Shown: piece by piece, positions 9,820-19,478 of the stretch
Layout of the letters: each line of letters starts with the position of its first letter
Numbering within the stretch: position 1 is the first letter of the stretch
Origin: an uncultured Verrucomicrobiae bacterium
GTDB taxonomy: Bacteria > Verrucomicrobiota > Verrucomicrobiia > Limisphaerales > Palsa-1400
Assembly (NCBI GenBank): GCA_963707025.1
Contig: CAVPOM010000015.1
Span: forward strand, 32,001-96,000
Length of the DNA: 64,000 nt
Reading direction: 5' to 3'
Notes under the pieces: model-generated
Database searches by the model: none
What the model saw: the letters and a program-made list of their open reading frames with translations, nothing else
Told to the model about the DNA's origin: nothing
Made by a program: the position numbers and the translations under genes

Positions 9820-10166
9820 GGTGCCTCGCTGTTTTCAGTGGAATGAAAAGCGACGTTTGGAGCGTCATCATTGGTTTTGCCAATCCCAACGGGATTGAAT
9901 CTTGCAGCCCAGGGTTGCGAGGAACGAGCTACCCTGGGTGAGATCATAGAAGAATCACAACCCTGCCAGGGTTGAATCTGCTTCCTAAGGCGTTGATATT
10001 CAACCCCTTCAGGGTTGTGTAATTCGAACACACTAACCCAGGGTAGGCCTCGCGGATTCGGCCAACCCTGGGCTGAGTGATTCAATCCCTTCGGGATTGC
10101 AGGACCGTTATTGGCAGCGATTTGATGAACAAGTCATTTCGATTCCACCGAAAACAGCGAGGAACC
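9820..10166. mobile_element. MITE-like element with about 25-bp TIRs containing a REPIN
   Basis: GGTGCCTCGCTGTTTTCAGTGGAAT ... ATTCCACCGAAAACAGCGAGGAACC. Confidence 0.65.
9881..10099. repeat. REPIN-like nested palindrome, copy 1
   Basis: CAATCCCAACGGGATTG...CAGCCCAGGGTTG...CAACCCTGGGCTG...CAATCCCTTCGGGATTG; related copy at 28022. Confidence 0.85.
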
Positions 10167-10189
10167 TCAAGCGGCAGGATGCCTGGAGC

Positions 10190-10714
10190 CTATTGCACCA
10201 CCGGATGCACCAAGCAATTCGGCCCTAACTTCAGCGTTCCTTTCTTGTCCGGATCGCCCGCAAATGGATCAATGTAAACAATTTTGCCTTTAATTGCTCC
10301 ATCAAGAATCTCTGCGCTGATGCTATAACCCATTGTGGTATATGAAAAGCAACGTTCCAATTTTATACAACGAAATCTTGTTCCATTTGTAAGCAAATGC
10401 AGGTCCTTCCAGCATTTCCCCGGATTGGCTTTGAACATCTCGACCGTGATCGGGCCACCAAATAGCCGTTGAGAATCATAATTGGCGGTATCCTTAAACG
10501 CTCCCAGTGTGAGCTTGCTTCCGTCTAAGAGAGTGTCTTCATTTAAGGCCACAATTTGGCCGCGATGCATTTCACCCCACCACGCTGGATTAGACGTCAC
10601 GTCATAGGTGCGTCCATCACCAAAAATCTCTAAACACCCCGTCAAGGCAATGGCCGCGACAAGGGCCGGCACCATTTGAAGAAAGTGTTTAACAAGGCAA
10701 CTGGACTGGTTCAT
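10190..10714 (-). CDS. Hypothetical lipoprotein
   Basis: Lipobox ALTGC; markedly lower GC than neighbours. Confidence 0.6.
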   Translation of the reverse strand: MNQSSCLVKHFLQMVPALVAAIALTGCLEIFGDGRTYDVTSNPAWWGEMHRGQIVALNEDTLLDGSKLTLGAFKDTANYDSQRLFGGPITVEMFKANPGKCWKDLHLLTNGTRFRCIKLERCFSYTTMGYSISAEILDGAIKGKIVYIDPFAGDPDKKGTLKLGPNCLVHPVVQ

Positions 10715-10749
10715 CGTGAATGCCACTTTTCGGGGCGCAAATTAACGGG

Positions 10750-11661
10750 TTAAGCCGGTTTCGCAGCAGCGCCGGGTTCCCGCGCGGCCAGAATTTGCGG
10801 CAGCAACTCCCCGTTCTTGGGCACCAGCGTTATGTCGGCCTGGCCTTCGATCATTTTTTCTGTCTCCAGGATCTCGAACATGGCCCGCGCGATTTCCGGG
10901 TCCTGCGAAATCTTTTCCAGGGCCGCGCCGACAATTTCCGGGCGCAGGGCGGCGGCTTTGGCGAACTCAATCGCCGCCTGCCGCTCCGCCGTGCTGGTGA
11001 TGATGCTCACCTGATTGGCCCCGTCCTGCTTGATGGCGGATGTCACCTGGCGCAGGCGGTTGACCACTTTGGCCTCGATGCCCTTGATCATGGCGGCGTC
11101 GCGGAAATGGACTTTGCGAATATAAATCGAGCCGAGCCGATAGCCCCATTCGAGCGACTTGGCCGAAACCTCCTCCCGCACCGTCTGGCTCATGAAATGC
11201 CGGTTTTCCAGCATGTCGGCCAGCTTCATGTTGCTCAGGCAGCGCACGGTCGAGTTGCTGATGTTGGCGGCCAGCGAGCCGCGCGGGTCGGCGTTCTTGA
11301 ACAGGTAGGCCACCGGATCGCTGATCTGCATTTCGTACCAGATGCCGATGCCCATGGGCGCGCCTTCCTCGGAATTGACCGGGGTGCTGCGGATGTAGGC
11401 CTGGTCCAGGCGCAAATCAATTTCGTGGCAGCGGCCCAGCCAGTTGGCAATGGGCGCCCGCAACCCCATTTTGGCCCAGAGAAAGTGCAGGCCCGGCTCG
11501 TCCAGCACCGCGATGACCTTGCCGAAAAGCATATAGACTTTGCACTGGCGTTCCCCGACCACGGTGTAAAAACCCAAAAGCCGGGCCAGGCCCAGGACGA
11601 ACGGCTCGACCACGAACATGACGAAGAAGGCCGCGATGCCGGCCAGGAAAAATCTACTCAC
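10750..11661 (-). CDS. SPFH/band 7 domain membrane protein
   Basis: N-terminal TM, FGK..EPGLHF, IDLR, EWGYRLGSIYIRKV. Confidence 0.85.
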   Translation of the reverse strand: MSRFFLAGIAAFFVMFVVEPFVLGLARLLGFYTVVGERQCKVYMLFGKVIAVLDEPGLHFLWAKMGLRAPIANWLGRCHEIDLRLDQAYIRSTPVNSEEGAPMGIGIWYEMQISDPVAYLFKNADPRGSLAANISNSTVRCLSNMKLADMLENRHFMSQTVREEVSAKSLEWGYRLGSIYIRKVHFRDAAMIKGIEAKVVNRLRQVTSAIKQDGANQVSIITSTAERQAAIEFAKAAALRPEIVGAALEKISQDPEIARAMFEILETEKMIEGQADITLVPKNGELLPQILAAREPGAAAKPA

Positions 11662-12638
11662 GGGAGCCCCTCCAAAATCACGCGCCGCGCCTGGCTGAAC
11701 AATTTCAGCCGCACGTTGCGAATATAAGCGCCCAGCGCCCCCGGACCGCTTTTCTTCAACTCCCGCAATTGCGCCGCCACCGCCGTGAGCGGTTCGACCT
11801 CCGCCTGCGCCTTGAGCGTTTCGATTTCCACCGCGCGATGGGATTGCACCAGCTTCTGATCGGCCGCGGCCTGGGCCAGGCTGATGTCCGACGAAACCTG
11901 GTTGTAGGCCGTGTTGATCGCCGCCAGGGCCGATTCCACCTCCACCGGCGGGTCAATGCCGGTGATGAGCGAGGCGTCCAGCGTCATCCCGTAGCGCGCC
12001 CCGGAAGAGGCGCACTCGCTGTCCATGTGCCCGTTGATGTCGGGCAGGTTTTTGCGCAAATCATTGATGGAAATGCCGATGACCGGGGGCGCGCCCGGTT
12101 GGTTGGAAGCAGCGGCCGCGGGCGCTTCAAAATTGGCGATGCGTTCGCGCAACACCGAAATAAAATAGCCCATGACGTGGACAATGGGCCGTTTCACGCC
12201 GAAGAGGAAGGCGTAGAGGTTTTTCTCCGAAACCCGGTAGCGAATCTGGCCCTTCAGCCCGGTGTTGAGCTGGTCCTTGGTCACCGCTTCGAGGAAGGCC
12301 CCCTGGTTGTTGGCCGCGGGATCCTCCGGGTCGTAGGCCATGTTCATGATCTGGGTGGCGATGGGCGCCTTATAGACTTTTTCCCACGGCCATTTGAAGT
12401 AGGGGCTCCCCGGCTGGATGACGCGCACTTGCGGATAGCAATAGCGTTCGCGCTCCCCGGCCTCCAGGCTTTGGGATATGGGGTCGTCCAGGGTCGTGGC
12501 CGAGCCGACCCGTTCCGCGCGGCCAAAACTGGTTTTCACCGCGCGTTCATTTTGATTGACAGTATAAATGCCGCCCGCCAGATAGCGCACCAGAAACCAC
12601 GCGACAAACCCGATAATGCAGCCGAGGAGAATGAGCAT
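11658..12638 (-). CDS. SPFH/band 7 domain membrane protein
   Basis: TM, YTVNQNERAVKTSFGR, YFKWPWE, VTKDQ, YGMTLDASLITGIDPP. Confidence 0.85.
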   Translation of the reverse strand: MLILLGCIIGFVAWFLVRYLAGGIYTVNQNERAVKTSFGRAERVGSATTLDDPISQSLEAGERERYCYPQVRVIQPGSPYFKWPWEKVYKAPIATQIMNMAYDPEDPAANNQGAFLEAVTKDQLNTGLKGQIRYRVSEKNLYAFLFGVKRPIVHVMGYFISVLRERIANFEAPAAAASNQPGAPPVIGISINDLRKNLPDINGHMDSECASSGARYGMTLDASLITGIDPPVEVESALAAINTAYNQVSSDISLAQAAADQKLVQSHRAVEIETLKAQAEVEPLTAVAAQLRELKKSGPGALGAYIRNVRLKLFSQARRVILEGLP

Positions 12639-12784
12639 AAGCGTAAACTTGAAATCCGTTGTATTCGGCCGTCGCCCCTTTGGCAAGGGCAATCGGGCCA
12701 GGCTGGTCATGTTTCCGTCATAGGGGGTAGGGCGAGACTCCGTTGAACCGAAACGCGATTTCTTGGCCCTATCCACGCAGAAGA

Positions 12785-12943
12785 GAACCGCTGATGAACA
12801 CTGATGAACACGGATTCTACGGCGCAGAAAAGGGGGGTTCTCCGTGCTCCTTTCGGCCACGATTTGGCGGCTCCGTCCAGTCAGAGGGAAAAGCTCATCG
12901 GCCCCTTGTCTTATCCGTGTCCATCAGTGTTCATCCGTGGTTC
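12785..12943. repeat. Inverted repeat of (GATGAACAC)n type
   Basis: GAACCGCTGATGAACACTGATGAACACGGAT versus ATCCGTGTCCATCAGTGTTCATCCGTGGTTC. Confidence 0.75.
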
Positions 12944-13838
12944 AATTGCCTTTCTTCAAAACAGTCTCCCTGGCGCATTGCAAAAACTGTCCGGCGGCGG
13001 CGGTCAGCCCGTGACCGGCCCAGGCCGCGCCCACCACCAGCGGCGGCGGCGCGGGGGAAAAGGGAATGAGCTTCAAGCGCGGCCCCGCCGTGCAAGCCAG
13101 GGATTGCGGCACGATGGCCACTCCGTTGCCCGCCTCGACCGCCGCGATCAGGCTGCTGACGCTGTCGTGCTCCTCCGCGATGCGCGGTTTGCTTTTGACG
13201 GCGGCAAACATGGCGGCGAGAGTTTCGTGCGCGTCGGGATAATCCTTGCGGCTGTAGGTGATGAGCGGCTCCCGCGCCGCCTCGGCCAGTGTCACGGCGC
13301 GCCGCCCGGCCAGCGGATGTTTTGGGGCCACGGCCAGGCGGAAAGCGTCCCGCGCCAGGTCCTCGAAGCGCAGTCCGCGCAACAAGGCGGGCAGCCGCAC
13401 CACGAAGGCGATCTGCAATTTGCCGTCGCGCAAGCCGGCCAGCATTTCCTCGGTGGAGAAATCATGCAATTTGACGCGGACACCGGGCGAAATGGCCTGA
13501 AAGGCGCGCAGCGTCTGCGGCAGAAAACGGGCCGTGAGTGACGGCGCGTAGCCGACGTGCAGTTCGCCGCGCGCGCCGGTGGCGATGGCGTGGGCCGTTT
13601 TCACCGCCTCCTCCGCGCGCAGTAGCACGGCGCGGGCTTCGGTCAAAAACGCGCGGCCCGCCTCGGTCAGCCGCACCGACTTGGCGCTGCGCGTGAGCAG
13701 CAAAAAGCCCAGCTCGTCCTCCAGATCGCGGACCTGGCGGCTGAGGGCCGGTTGCGAAACATGCAATTTCAAGGCGGCGCGGGAGACGTTCTCCTCTTCC
13801 GCGACGCCGATGAAATAGCGGAGATGGCGCAGTTCCAT
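12942..13838 (-). CDS. LysR family transcriptional regulator
   Basis: MELRHLRYF..VAEEENVSRAA.KLHVSQPALSRQ. Confidence 0.95.
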   Translation of the reverse strand: MELRHLRYFIGVAEEENVSRAALKLHVSQPALSRQVRDLEDELGFLLLTRSAKSVRLTEAGRAFLTEARAVLLRAEEAVKTAHAIATGARGELHVGYAPSLTARFLPQTLRAFQAISPGVRVKLHDFSTEEMLAGLRDGKLQIAFVVRLPALLRGLRFEDLARDAFRLAVAPKHPLAGRRAVTLAEAAREPLITYSRKDYPDAHETLAAMFAAVKSKPRIAEEHDSVSSLIAAVEAGNGVAIVPQSLACTAGPRLKLIPFSPAPPPLVVGAAWAGHGLTAAAGQFLQCARETVLKKGN

Positions 13839-13850
13839 GCGCGGCCCAGT

Positions 13851-13865
13851 ATGCCTTTTGGTTAT
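13851..13865. promoter_or_regulatory. Putative LysR binding site
   Basis: ATGCCTTTTGGTTAT fits T-N11-A in the divergent intergenic region. Confidence 0.45.
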
Positions 13866-13923
13866 AGTGAGTCAAGAAACATGGTCTTTCCCAAAATCTC
13901 CCGGCGTGTGGCACAGTGCGGGC

Positions 13924-14619
13924 ATGATGAAAATTAGAAAAGCAAACGAACGGGGCCACGCCGAACACGGCTGGCTGGACACGTATCACACCTTCAGCTT
14001 CGCCGACTATTACGACCCGCGCTGGATGGGCTTCCGCAGCCTGCGCGTCATCAACGACGATCTGGTCATGCCTGGGATGGGCTTCGGCACGCATCCCCAT
14101 CGCGACATGGAGATCATCACCTACATCCTCAGCGGCGCGCTGGAGCACAAGGATTCGATGGGCCACGGCCGGGTGATCCGCGCGGGCGAGGTGCAATACA
14201 TGGCCGCCGGAACAGGAGTGCAGCACAGCGAATTCAACCCATCCAAGGAGGAAGCGGTGCATCTGCTCCAGATCTGGATTCAGCCCGACCGCAAAGGCGT
14301 CACGCCGCGCTACGCGGAGAAGTCGCTGGCGGATGCGCCGCCCGGAACGCTGCGCCTGGTCACGAGCAAGACGGGCCGCGACGGTTCGATCGCCATTCAT
14401 CAGGACGCCGATCTCTGGCTTGCCAAATTGGAAACCGGCAATAAAGTGACGCACAAGCTGGCGAAGGGCCGCCATGCCTGGGTTCACGTCGCAGAAGGTG
14501 AAGTGCTGTTGAACGGCAAAAAACTGGACGGCGGCGATGCCGCGGCCATCAGCGATGAAACTTCGCTGGAGTTGAGCGCGGCCAAACCGTCGCAAGTCCT
14601 TTTATTTGACCTGAACTGA
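13924..14619 (+). CDS. Pirin family protein (YhhW-like)
   Basis: GWL.TYHTFSFADYYDP, GFGTHPHRDMEI, M.AGTGV.HSEFN. Confidence 0.95.
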   Translation: MMKIRKANERGHAEHGWLDTYHTFSFADYYDPRWMGFRSLRVINDDLVMPGMGFGTHPHRDMEIITYILSGALEHKDSMGHGRVIRAGEVQYMAAGTGVQHSEFNPSKEEAVHLLQIWIQPDRKGVTPRYAEKSLADAPPGTLRLVTSKTGRDGSIAIHQDADLWLAKLETGNKVTHKLAKGRHAWVHVAEGEVLLNGKKLDGGDAAAISDETSLELSAAKPSQVLLFDLN

Positions 14620-14651
14620 AATCGGCTGAAACAACAAAACGAAAAAACAAT

Positions 14652-15224
14652 ATGAGCACTGTATCCGTCATCTACTTCTCCGGCACCGGCCACACCGCCA
14701 AATTGGCGGAGGCCGTCCACCGGGGCGCCGCTTCGGTGGCCGGCGTGAAGACCCATCTCATCGCCCTCAAGGGCGACGACATCATCAAGGGCCGCTACAA
14801 AAACGATACCGTGATGGCGCAACTGGACGCCAGCGACGCGATCATTTTTGGCAGCCCCACTTACATGGGCGGGCCGGCGGCGCAGTTCAAGGCGCTGGCC
14901 GATGCCACCGGCGAACGCTGGTACGGCGGCGCCTGGCGCGACAAGCTGGCGGCCGGTTTCACCGTTTCCGGCGGTCCGAGCGGCGACAAGCTCAGCACGT
15001 TGTATTATTTTTTCACCCTGGCCATGCAGCATGGCATGATTTGGATCGGCCTGCCGGACCTGCCCATGAATGACAAAGGCATCAACCGCTTGAGCAGTTA
15101 CAGCGGCGTCATGGCCCAGGCCGGCCAGGAATCGCCCGACGTGGCTCCGAACGAAGCGGACAAAGCCACCGGCGAAATCCTCGGCCGCCGCGTCGCCGAG
15201 TTCGCCGTCAAACTGAAAAAGTAA
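14652..15224 (+). CDS. Flavodoxin-like NAD(P)H:quinone oxidoreductase (WrbA family)
   Basis: YFSGTGHT, IFGSPTYMG, KLAAGFT, AMQHGMIWIG. Confidence 0.9.
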   Translation: MSTVSVIYFSGTGHTAKLAEAVHRGAASVAGVKTHLIALKGDDIIKGRYKNDTVMAQLDASDAIIFGSPTYMGGPAAQFKALADATGERWYGGAWRDKLAAGFTVSGGPSGDKLSTLYYFFTLAMQHGMIWIGLPDLPMNDKGINRLSSYSGVMAQAGQESPDVAPNEADKATGEILGRRVAEFAVKLKK

Positions 15225-15250
15225 AGGCAGCCTTCTACCTCGTCATAAAC

Positions 15251-15625
15251 ATGAAGATCGCCACCATCATCGCCCGCGTCCTGCTCGGACTCATTTTTGT
15301 CGTTTTCGGCCTGAACGCGTTCCTCAACTTTATCAAAATGCCGCCGCCGCCCGCGGGGCCGGCGGGCGCGTTCATGGGCGCGTTCTTCGCCAGCGGCTGG
15401 CTTTATGCCGTCAAATGTTTTGAAATCGCCGGCGGCCTGCTCCTGCTCCTCGGATGGAAAGTGCCGCTGGGACTGACCCTGCTCGGCCCGGTCATTGTGA
15501 ACATTCTTTTCTACGACATCTTTCTGGATCACAGCGCCCTGCCGATGGGAATTGTCGTCGCCGCCCTTGCTTTGTTTCTCTTGTGGGCCAAACGCAGCGC
15601 CTTCGCCGGGCTGCTCAAAAACTGA
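15251..15625 (+). CDS. DoxX family membrane protein
   Basis: ARVLLGLIFVVFGLN, EIAGGLLLL, PVIVNI; 4 TM segments. Confidence 0.85.
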   Translation: MKIATIIARVLLGLIFVVFGLNAFLNFIKMPPPPAGPAGAFMGAFFASGWLYAVKCFEIAGGLLLLLGWKVPLGLTLLGPVIVNILFYDIFLDHSALPMGIVVAALALFLLWAKRSAFAGLLKN

Positions 15626-15672
15626 TTTCCGGCGCGACAGAGTATTATCCAAGGATTTCCGTCCAACAGATT

Positions 15673-16239
15673 GTGAAACCCAAGATCATGCTCGCTCTCG
15701 CGCTCGTTTTGAGCGGCGGCTTGCCTGGATGCAGCACGACGGCGCGACGTGCCATGGAGAGCCGGCAATGGGGACCTGCAAGCAACGGCCTGCAAATGTC
15801 CCTCTCCGTCTTGATGACCGGCAATCGGGATGATCCGGAGTTTGAGGTCGCGTTTTGGAATGTGGGAGAACAAGATGTCTGCCTGGGCCTGGGCTCTATG
15901 TTGGACAATGGCAGAGTGCAGCTTCCCGATAAAATCCATCTCAATCTTTTGGACGGAAGTGGAAGGAATCGAGAACTCCACTTTTCGGACAGAAGGCATC
16001 CGGGCGCTGCCGGCCGCCTCGATGATTATGTCGTCCCGATCAGGGGCGGTTCCACTTACACCGTGAGATTGCGGCTGGACCAATTCTGGTCGCCGGCTAC
16101 GAAGGAGTTTGCATTGAAGCTGGCACCTGGCCGCTATGAGGTTACGGCTCAGTTTCAGGAGGGCCGCGCAGAAACGAGAAACCTGATCTTCGTCTGGACA
16201 GGAAAGCTCCAATCCAACCTCGCGGAAATGGTTGAATGA
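15673..16239 (+). CDS. Hypothetical secreted protein or lipoprotein
   Basis: Signal ..GLPGC, WGPASNGLQMSL, Ig-like pattern PGRYEVTAQF..WTGKLQSN. Confidence 0.6.
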   Translation: MKPKIMLALALVLSGGLPGCSTTARRAMESRQWGPASNGLQMSLSVLMTGNRDDPEFEVAFWNVGEQDVCLGLGSMLDNGRVQLPDKIHLNLLDGSGRNRELHFSDRRHPGAAGRLDDYVVPIRGGSTYTVRLRLDQFWSPATKEFALKLAPGRYEVTAQFQEGRAETRNLIFVWTGKLQSNLAEMVE

Positions 16240-16597
16240 AATCCAAAATCCTCCTCCCCCTCTCGCTCGTTGCGGAGGGTTCCTCCTCAACCGCGCCTTT
16301 CGTGGGCGGTGACGTCGAACAAGAACCTGTTTCCGATTTTCTCTCGAAGAGGATGTCAGAAATATCCTTGTCAGAAATATAATTCGCCCTGTCCCCCCGT
16401 TCGGAGGGAAGCGGGCTAATTTCATTTTTATGACCCCATTTTTCTGACATCGCCTTCCTTGAAAAATGTTCGATTTGCGCCTGCCGCCACGAACTCATTC
16501 TCGCGCAAGCCGTGTTTCTTGATTCGTTTTTGGCACAGCCTGAACCCGCGCATTTGTGAGGCTTGGCAGGGAATGGGGTTTTTGCCATGCTCAGGCC

Positions 16598-19186
16598 ATG
16601 TTCCATCACCCATCGTCACAAACGAACCGGCGCCACTCCATCATTTTCCGATCTCCCGCATTCCGGGGATTCCGTCTGTGTTTCATCGCCGCTCTTTTTG
16701 GCGCGGCGGCTTCGCTGGCGGCGGCGGATCAACCGCGCCAGCGTCTCACCGCGGATTTTGGCTGGCGGTTCAACAAGGGCGACACGCCGGGCGCGGAGCA
16801 GGCCGCCTTCGATGACGCCGCCTGGCGCAAATTGGATCTGCCCCACGACTGGAGCATCGAAGGGCCTTACACGGCGACCGACCCGACCGGCGGCTCCGGC
16901 GGCTCCCTGCCGACGGGGATTGGCTGGTATCGCCGGGCCTTCACCGCGCCGGAGGATTGGCGCGGAAAGAAGGTGTTCGTGGAATTTGACGGCGTCTATC
17001 AGAACAGCGATGTCTGGCTCAACGGCCAGCTTCTGGGGCACCGGCCCTTCGGCTACATCAGTTTCGAGTACGACCTCACGCCGCATTTGAAATTCGGCCA
17101 AACCAACCTTCTCGCCGTCCGCGTGGACAACTCGCGCCAGCCCAACAGCCGCTGGTATTCCGGCTCCGGCATTTACCGGCATGTCTGGGTGACGATCACC
17201 GACCCCTTGCATGTTGCGCATTGGGGAACTTATGTCACCACGCCCAAAGTCTCCGCCAGCTCGGCCGCTGTGCGCGTGCGAACGCAGGTGCAAAACGATT
17301 CGACCGGCCCGCGCGAAGTGACGCTCCTGACCCAAATCTTCAACGCCAAGGGCGCCGTCGTGGCGGGCGGGGAAACCAACCAAACCCTCGCCGCCGGCGC
17401 GAGCCAGGAATCGGACCAGAGCTTTGAGGTGGCCCAAGCGGCGCTTTGGTCGCCCGACTCCCCCAATCTTTACTCCGTGCGGAGCGTGGTCAAATCCGGC
17501 GCGCAAGTGGCCGATGAATTCACCACTCCGTTCGGCATCCGCGAAATCGCCTATGACGTGAACAAGGGTTTTCTCCTCAATGGGCAGCCGGTGAAAATGC
17601 AGGGCATGTGCATTCATCACGAGGCCGGCGCGGTCGGGGCGGCGGTGCCCATCGGCGTTTGGGCGCGGCGCTTGCAGGAGTTGAAGGAGATGGGTTGCAA
17701 CGCCATCCGCCTGAGCCACAATCCGCCCGCGCCCGAATTGCTCGGTCTGCTTGACAGCATGGGTTTTCTCGTCATGGACGAATCGTTTGACGAGTGGAAA
17801 AGCGCCAAGGTGCGGCAAGGTTACGCGAACTATTTCGACGAATGGTCGCAGCGGGATCTCACCGACATGCTGCGCCGCGACCGCAATCATCCCGGCATCG
17901 TCCTCTGGAGCGTGGGCAACGAAATCGGCGAACAAACCCGCCCCAATGGCGCGGACATCCTGCGCCCCCTGGTGGAGACCTGCCATCGCGAAGACCCCAC
18001 CCGGCCCGTCACCGCCGCGTGCGACAATGTTTTCACCGACCACGCCAGCGCGACGCCCGAATTCCTCAATCTTCTGGACGTTGTCGGCTATAATTATGTG
18101 GACCGCTGGGGAACCCGGCGCGAAACCATGTATGACGACGACCGCCATGCCTTCCCGCAACGCAAGGTCGTCGGCACGGAAAGCGCCGTCGTCGGCAGCC
18201 GCGGCGATTATTCCCTGGGCGGCGCATTGGACGCGGGCGGCGGCGGTTTTGGCCCCGGCGGCCGCGGCGGTTTCGGCGGCGGAAGCGGCCCGCGCCCGGC
18301 CGGATACCTCCTGTCCATGATCCGCGCCGAGCAACTCTGGAAGTATGTCCGCGTCCACGATTTCGTCATCGGCGACTTCGGCTGGACCGGGATTGATTAC
18401 CTGGGCGAGTCGCGTTGGCCGGCCAAACTCGCCGCCAGCGGCATGCTCAACACTTGCGGGTTTCCCAAGGACAACTACTACTTCTACCAAAGCCAGTGGA
18501 CGACCAATTTGATGCTGCACCTGTTCCCGCATTGGAACTGGCCGGGCCAGGAAGGGCGGGTCATCCCGGTGGTTTGCTATACCAGTTGCGACACCGTTGA
18601 ACTTTTTTTGAACGGCAAAAGTTTCGGCGTCAAGTCGCTGGAATTTCCCCGCCAGGGGACCGCCGGCGGATGGAACACCTACGCCCGGCCGGAGCAGCCC
18701 GCCGGCACCACCGCCGATCTGCACCTGGCGTGGGATGTTCCTTACGAGGCGGGAACCCTCAAGGCGGTCGGCTACAAATACGGCCGGCAAGTGTGCCTGG
18801 AGGAAGTCCGCACCGCGGGCGTGCCTGCGGCGGTGGTCCTGACCCCGGACCGCTCCCGCCTGGCGGCCGACGCGCGCGACGTGGCGCATCTCGCCATAAA
18901 AATTGTTGACGCCCAGGGCGCCCCCGTGCCGGGCGCGACCAACCTGGTCACCTTTGACCTGCAAGGCCCGGCCTCCCTCATCGGCGTGGACAACGGCAAC
19001 CCGGTCAGCCACGAAGACTACAAAGCCGCGCAGCGGCAGGCCTTCCACGGCCTCTGCCTCGCCATCCTTCAGTCCACCCGCCAGGCCGGCCTCATCCGGG
19101 TCACCGCCCGCGCCGCCGGACTCAAGGAGTCAAGCATTGAATTGCAGGCCCAGGCCCCGGCCGCGGCAGAGCCGGTGCTGCCGTGA
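16598..19186 (+). CDS. Secreted glycoside hydrolase family 2 (beta-galactosidase-like)
   Basis: LPHDWSIE, SRWYSGSGIYRHV, MGCNAIRLSHNPP, RDRNHPGIVLWSVGNE, WTGIDYLGE. Confidence 0.92.
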   Translation: MFHHPSSQTNRRHSIIFRSPAFRGFRLCFIAALFGAAASLAAADQPRQRLTADFGWRFNKGDTPGAEQAAFDDAAWRKLDLPHDWSIEGPYTATDPTGGSGGSLPTGIGWYRRAFTAPEDWRGKKVFVEFDGVYQNSDVWLNGQLLGHRPFGYISFEYDLTPHLKFGQTNLLAVRVDNSRQPNSRWYSGSGIYRHVWVTITDPLHVAHWGTYVTTPKVSASSAAVRVRTQVQNDSTGPREVTLLTQIFNAKGAVVAGGETNQTLAAGASQESDQSFEVAQAALWSPDSPNLYSVRSVVKSGAQVADEFTTPFGIREIAYDVNKGFLLNGQPVKMQGMCIHHEAGAVGAAVPIGVWARRLQELKEMGCNAIRLSHNPPAPELLGLLDSMGFLVMDESFDEWKSAKVRQGYANYFDEWSQRDLTDMLRRDRNHPGIVLWSVGNEIGEQTRPNGADILRPLVETCHREDPTRPVTAACDNVFTDHASATPEFLNLLDVVGYNYVDRWGTRRETMYDDDRHAFPQRKVVGTESAVVGSRGDYSLGGALDAGGGGFGPGGRGGFGGGSGPRPAGYLLSMIRAEQLWKYVRVHDFVIGDFGWTGIDYLGESRWPAKLAASGMLNTCGFPKDNYYFYQSQWTTNLMLHLFPHWNWPGQEGRVIPVVCYTSCDTVELFLNGKSFGVKSLEFPRQGTAGGWNTYARPEQPAGTTADLHLAWDVPYEAGTLKAVGYKYGRQVCLEEVRTAGVPAAVVLTPDRSRLAADARDVAHLAIKIVDAQGAPVPGATNLVTFDLQGPASLIGVDNGNPVSHEDYKAAQRQAFHGLCLAILQSTRQAGLIRVTARAAGLKESSIELQAQAPAAAEPVLP

Positions 19187-19267
19187 CCCACCGGCCGCCT
19201 CACTGAAAAACCCGCGGCTGCATTGGGCAGCTCGCGAGCCGCCAAACCACGACAACCGATTGCTGTT

Positions 19268-19378
19268 CCCTCTCCCTGCGGGAGAGGGTCAGGGTGAGGG
19301 GCCGAGTCAACTATAAACCTGGAATTTGATGCATGGCTCGACCTCACCCCTGCCCTCTCCTCCAGGAGAGGGAGAATC
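19268..19378. repeat. REP-like inverted pair (CCCTCTCC...GGAGAGGG family)
   Basis: CCCTCTCCCTGCGGGAGAGGGTCAGGGTGAGGG and CCTCACCCCTGCCCTCTCCTCCAGGAGAGGG, bracketed by direct repeats CCGCCTCACTGAAAA. Confidence 0.75.
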
Positions 19379-19445
19379 GTCCGCCGCCTCACTGAAAATC
19401 CCGCGTCTTTTTGTCTCGGATCCCGCCTCTTTGCCGTCGTCCGCC

Positions 19446-19478
19446 CGTGGAGCAATCCGCGACAAAGGCGTCGCTCAT
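19446..19478 (-). pseudogene. VapC/PIN toxin N-terminal remnant
   Basis: MSDAFVADCST; its ATG abuts the IS630 TA site and would overlap the antitoxin stop (TAATG) once the IS is removed. Confidence 0.55.

Noticed and set aside
9780..10085. ORFs across the REPINs (also 27771-28279 and 28404-29147)
   Set aside because: Translations of palindromic or low-complexity repeats.
10170..16330. Integron cassette array
   Set aside because: No attC-like RYYYAAC/GTTRRRY-bounded sites or intI were recognised around the orphan genes.
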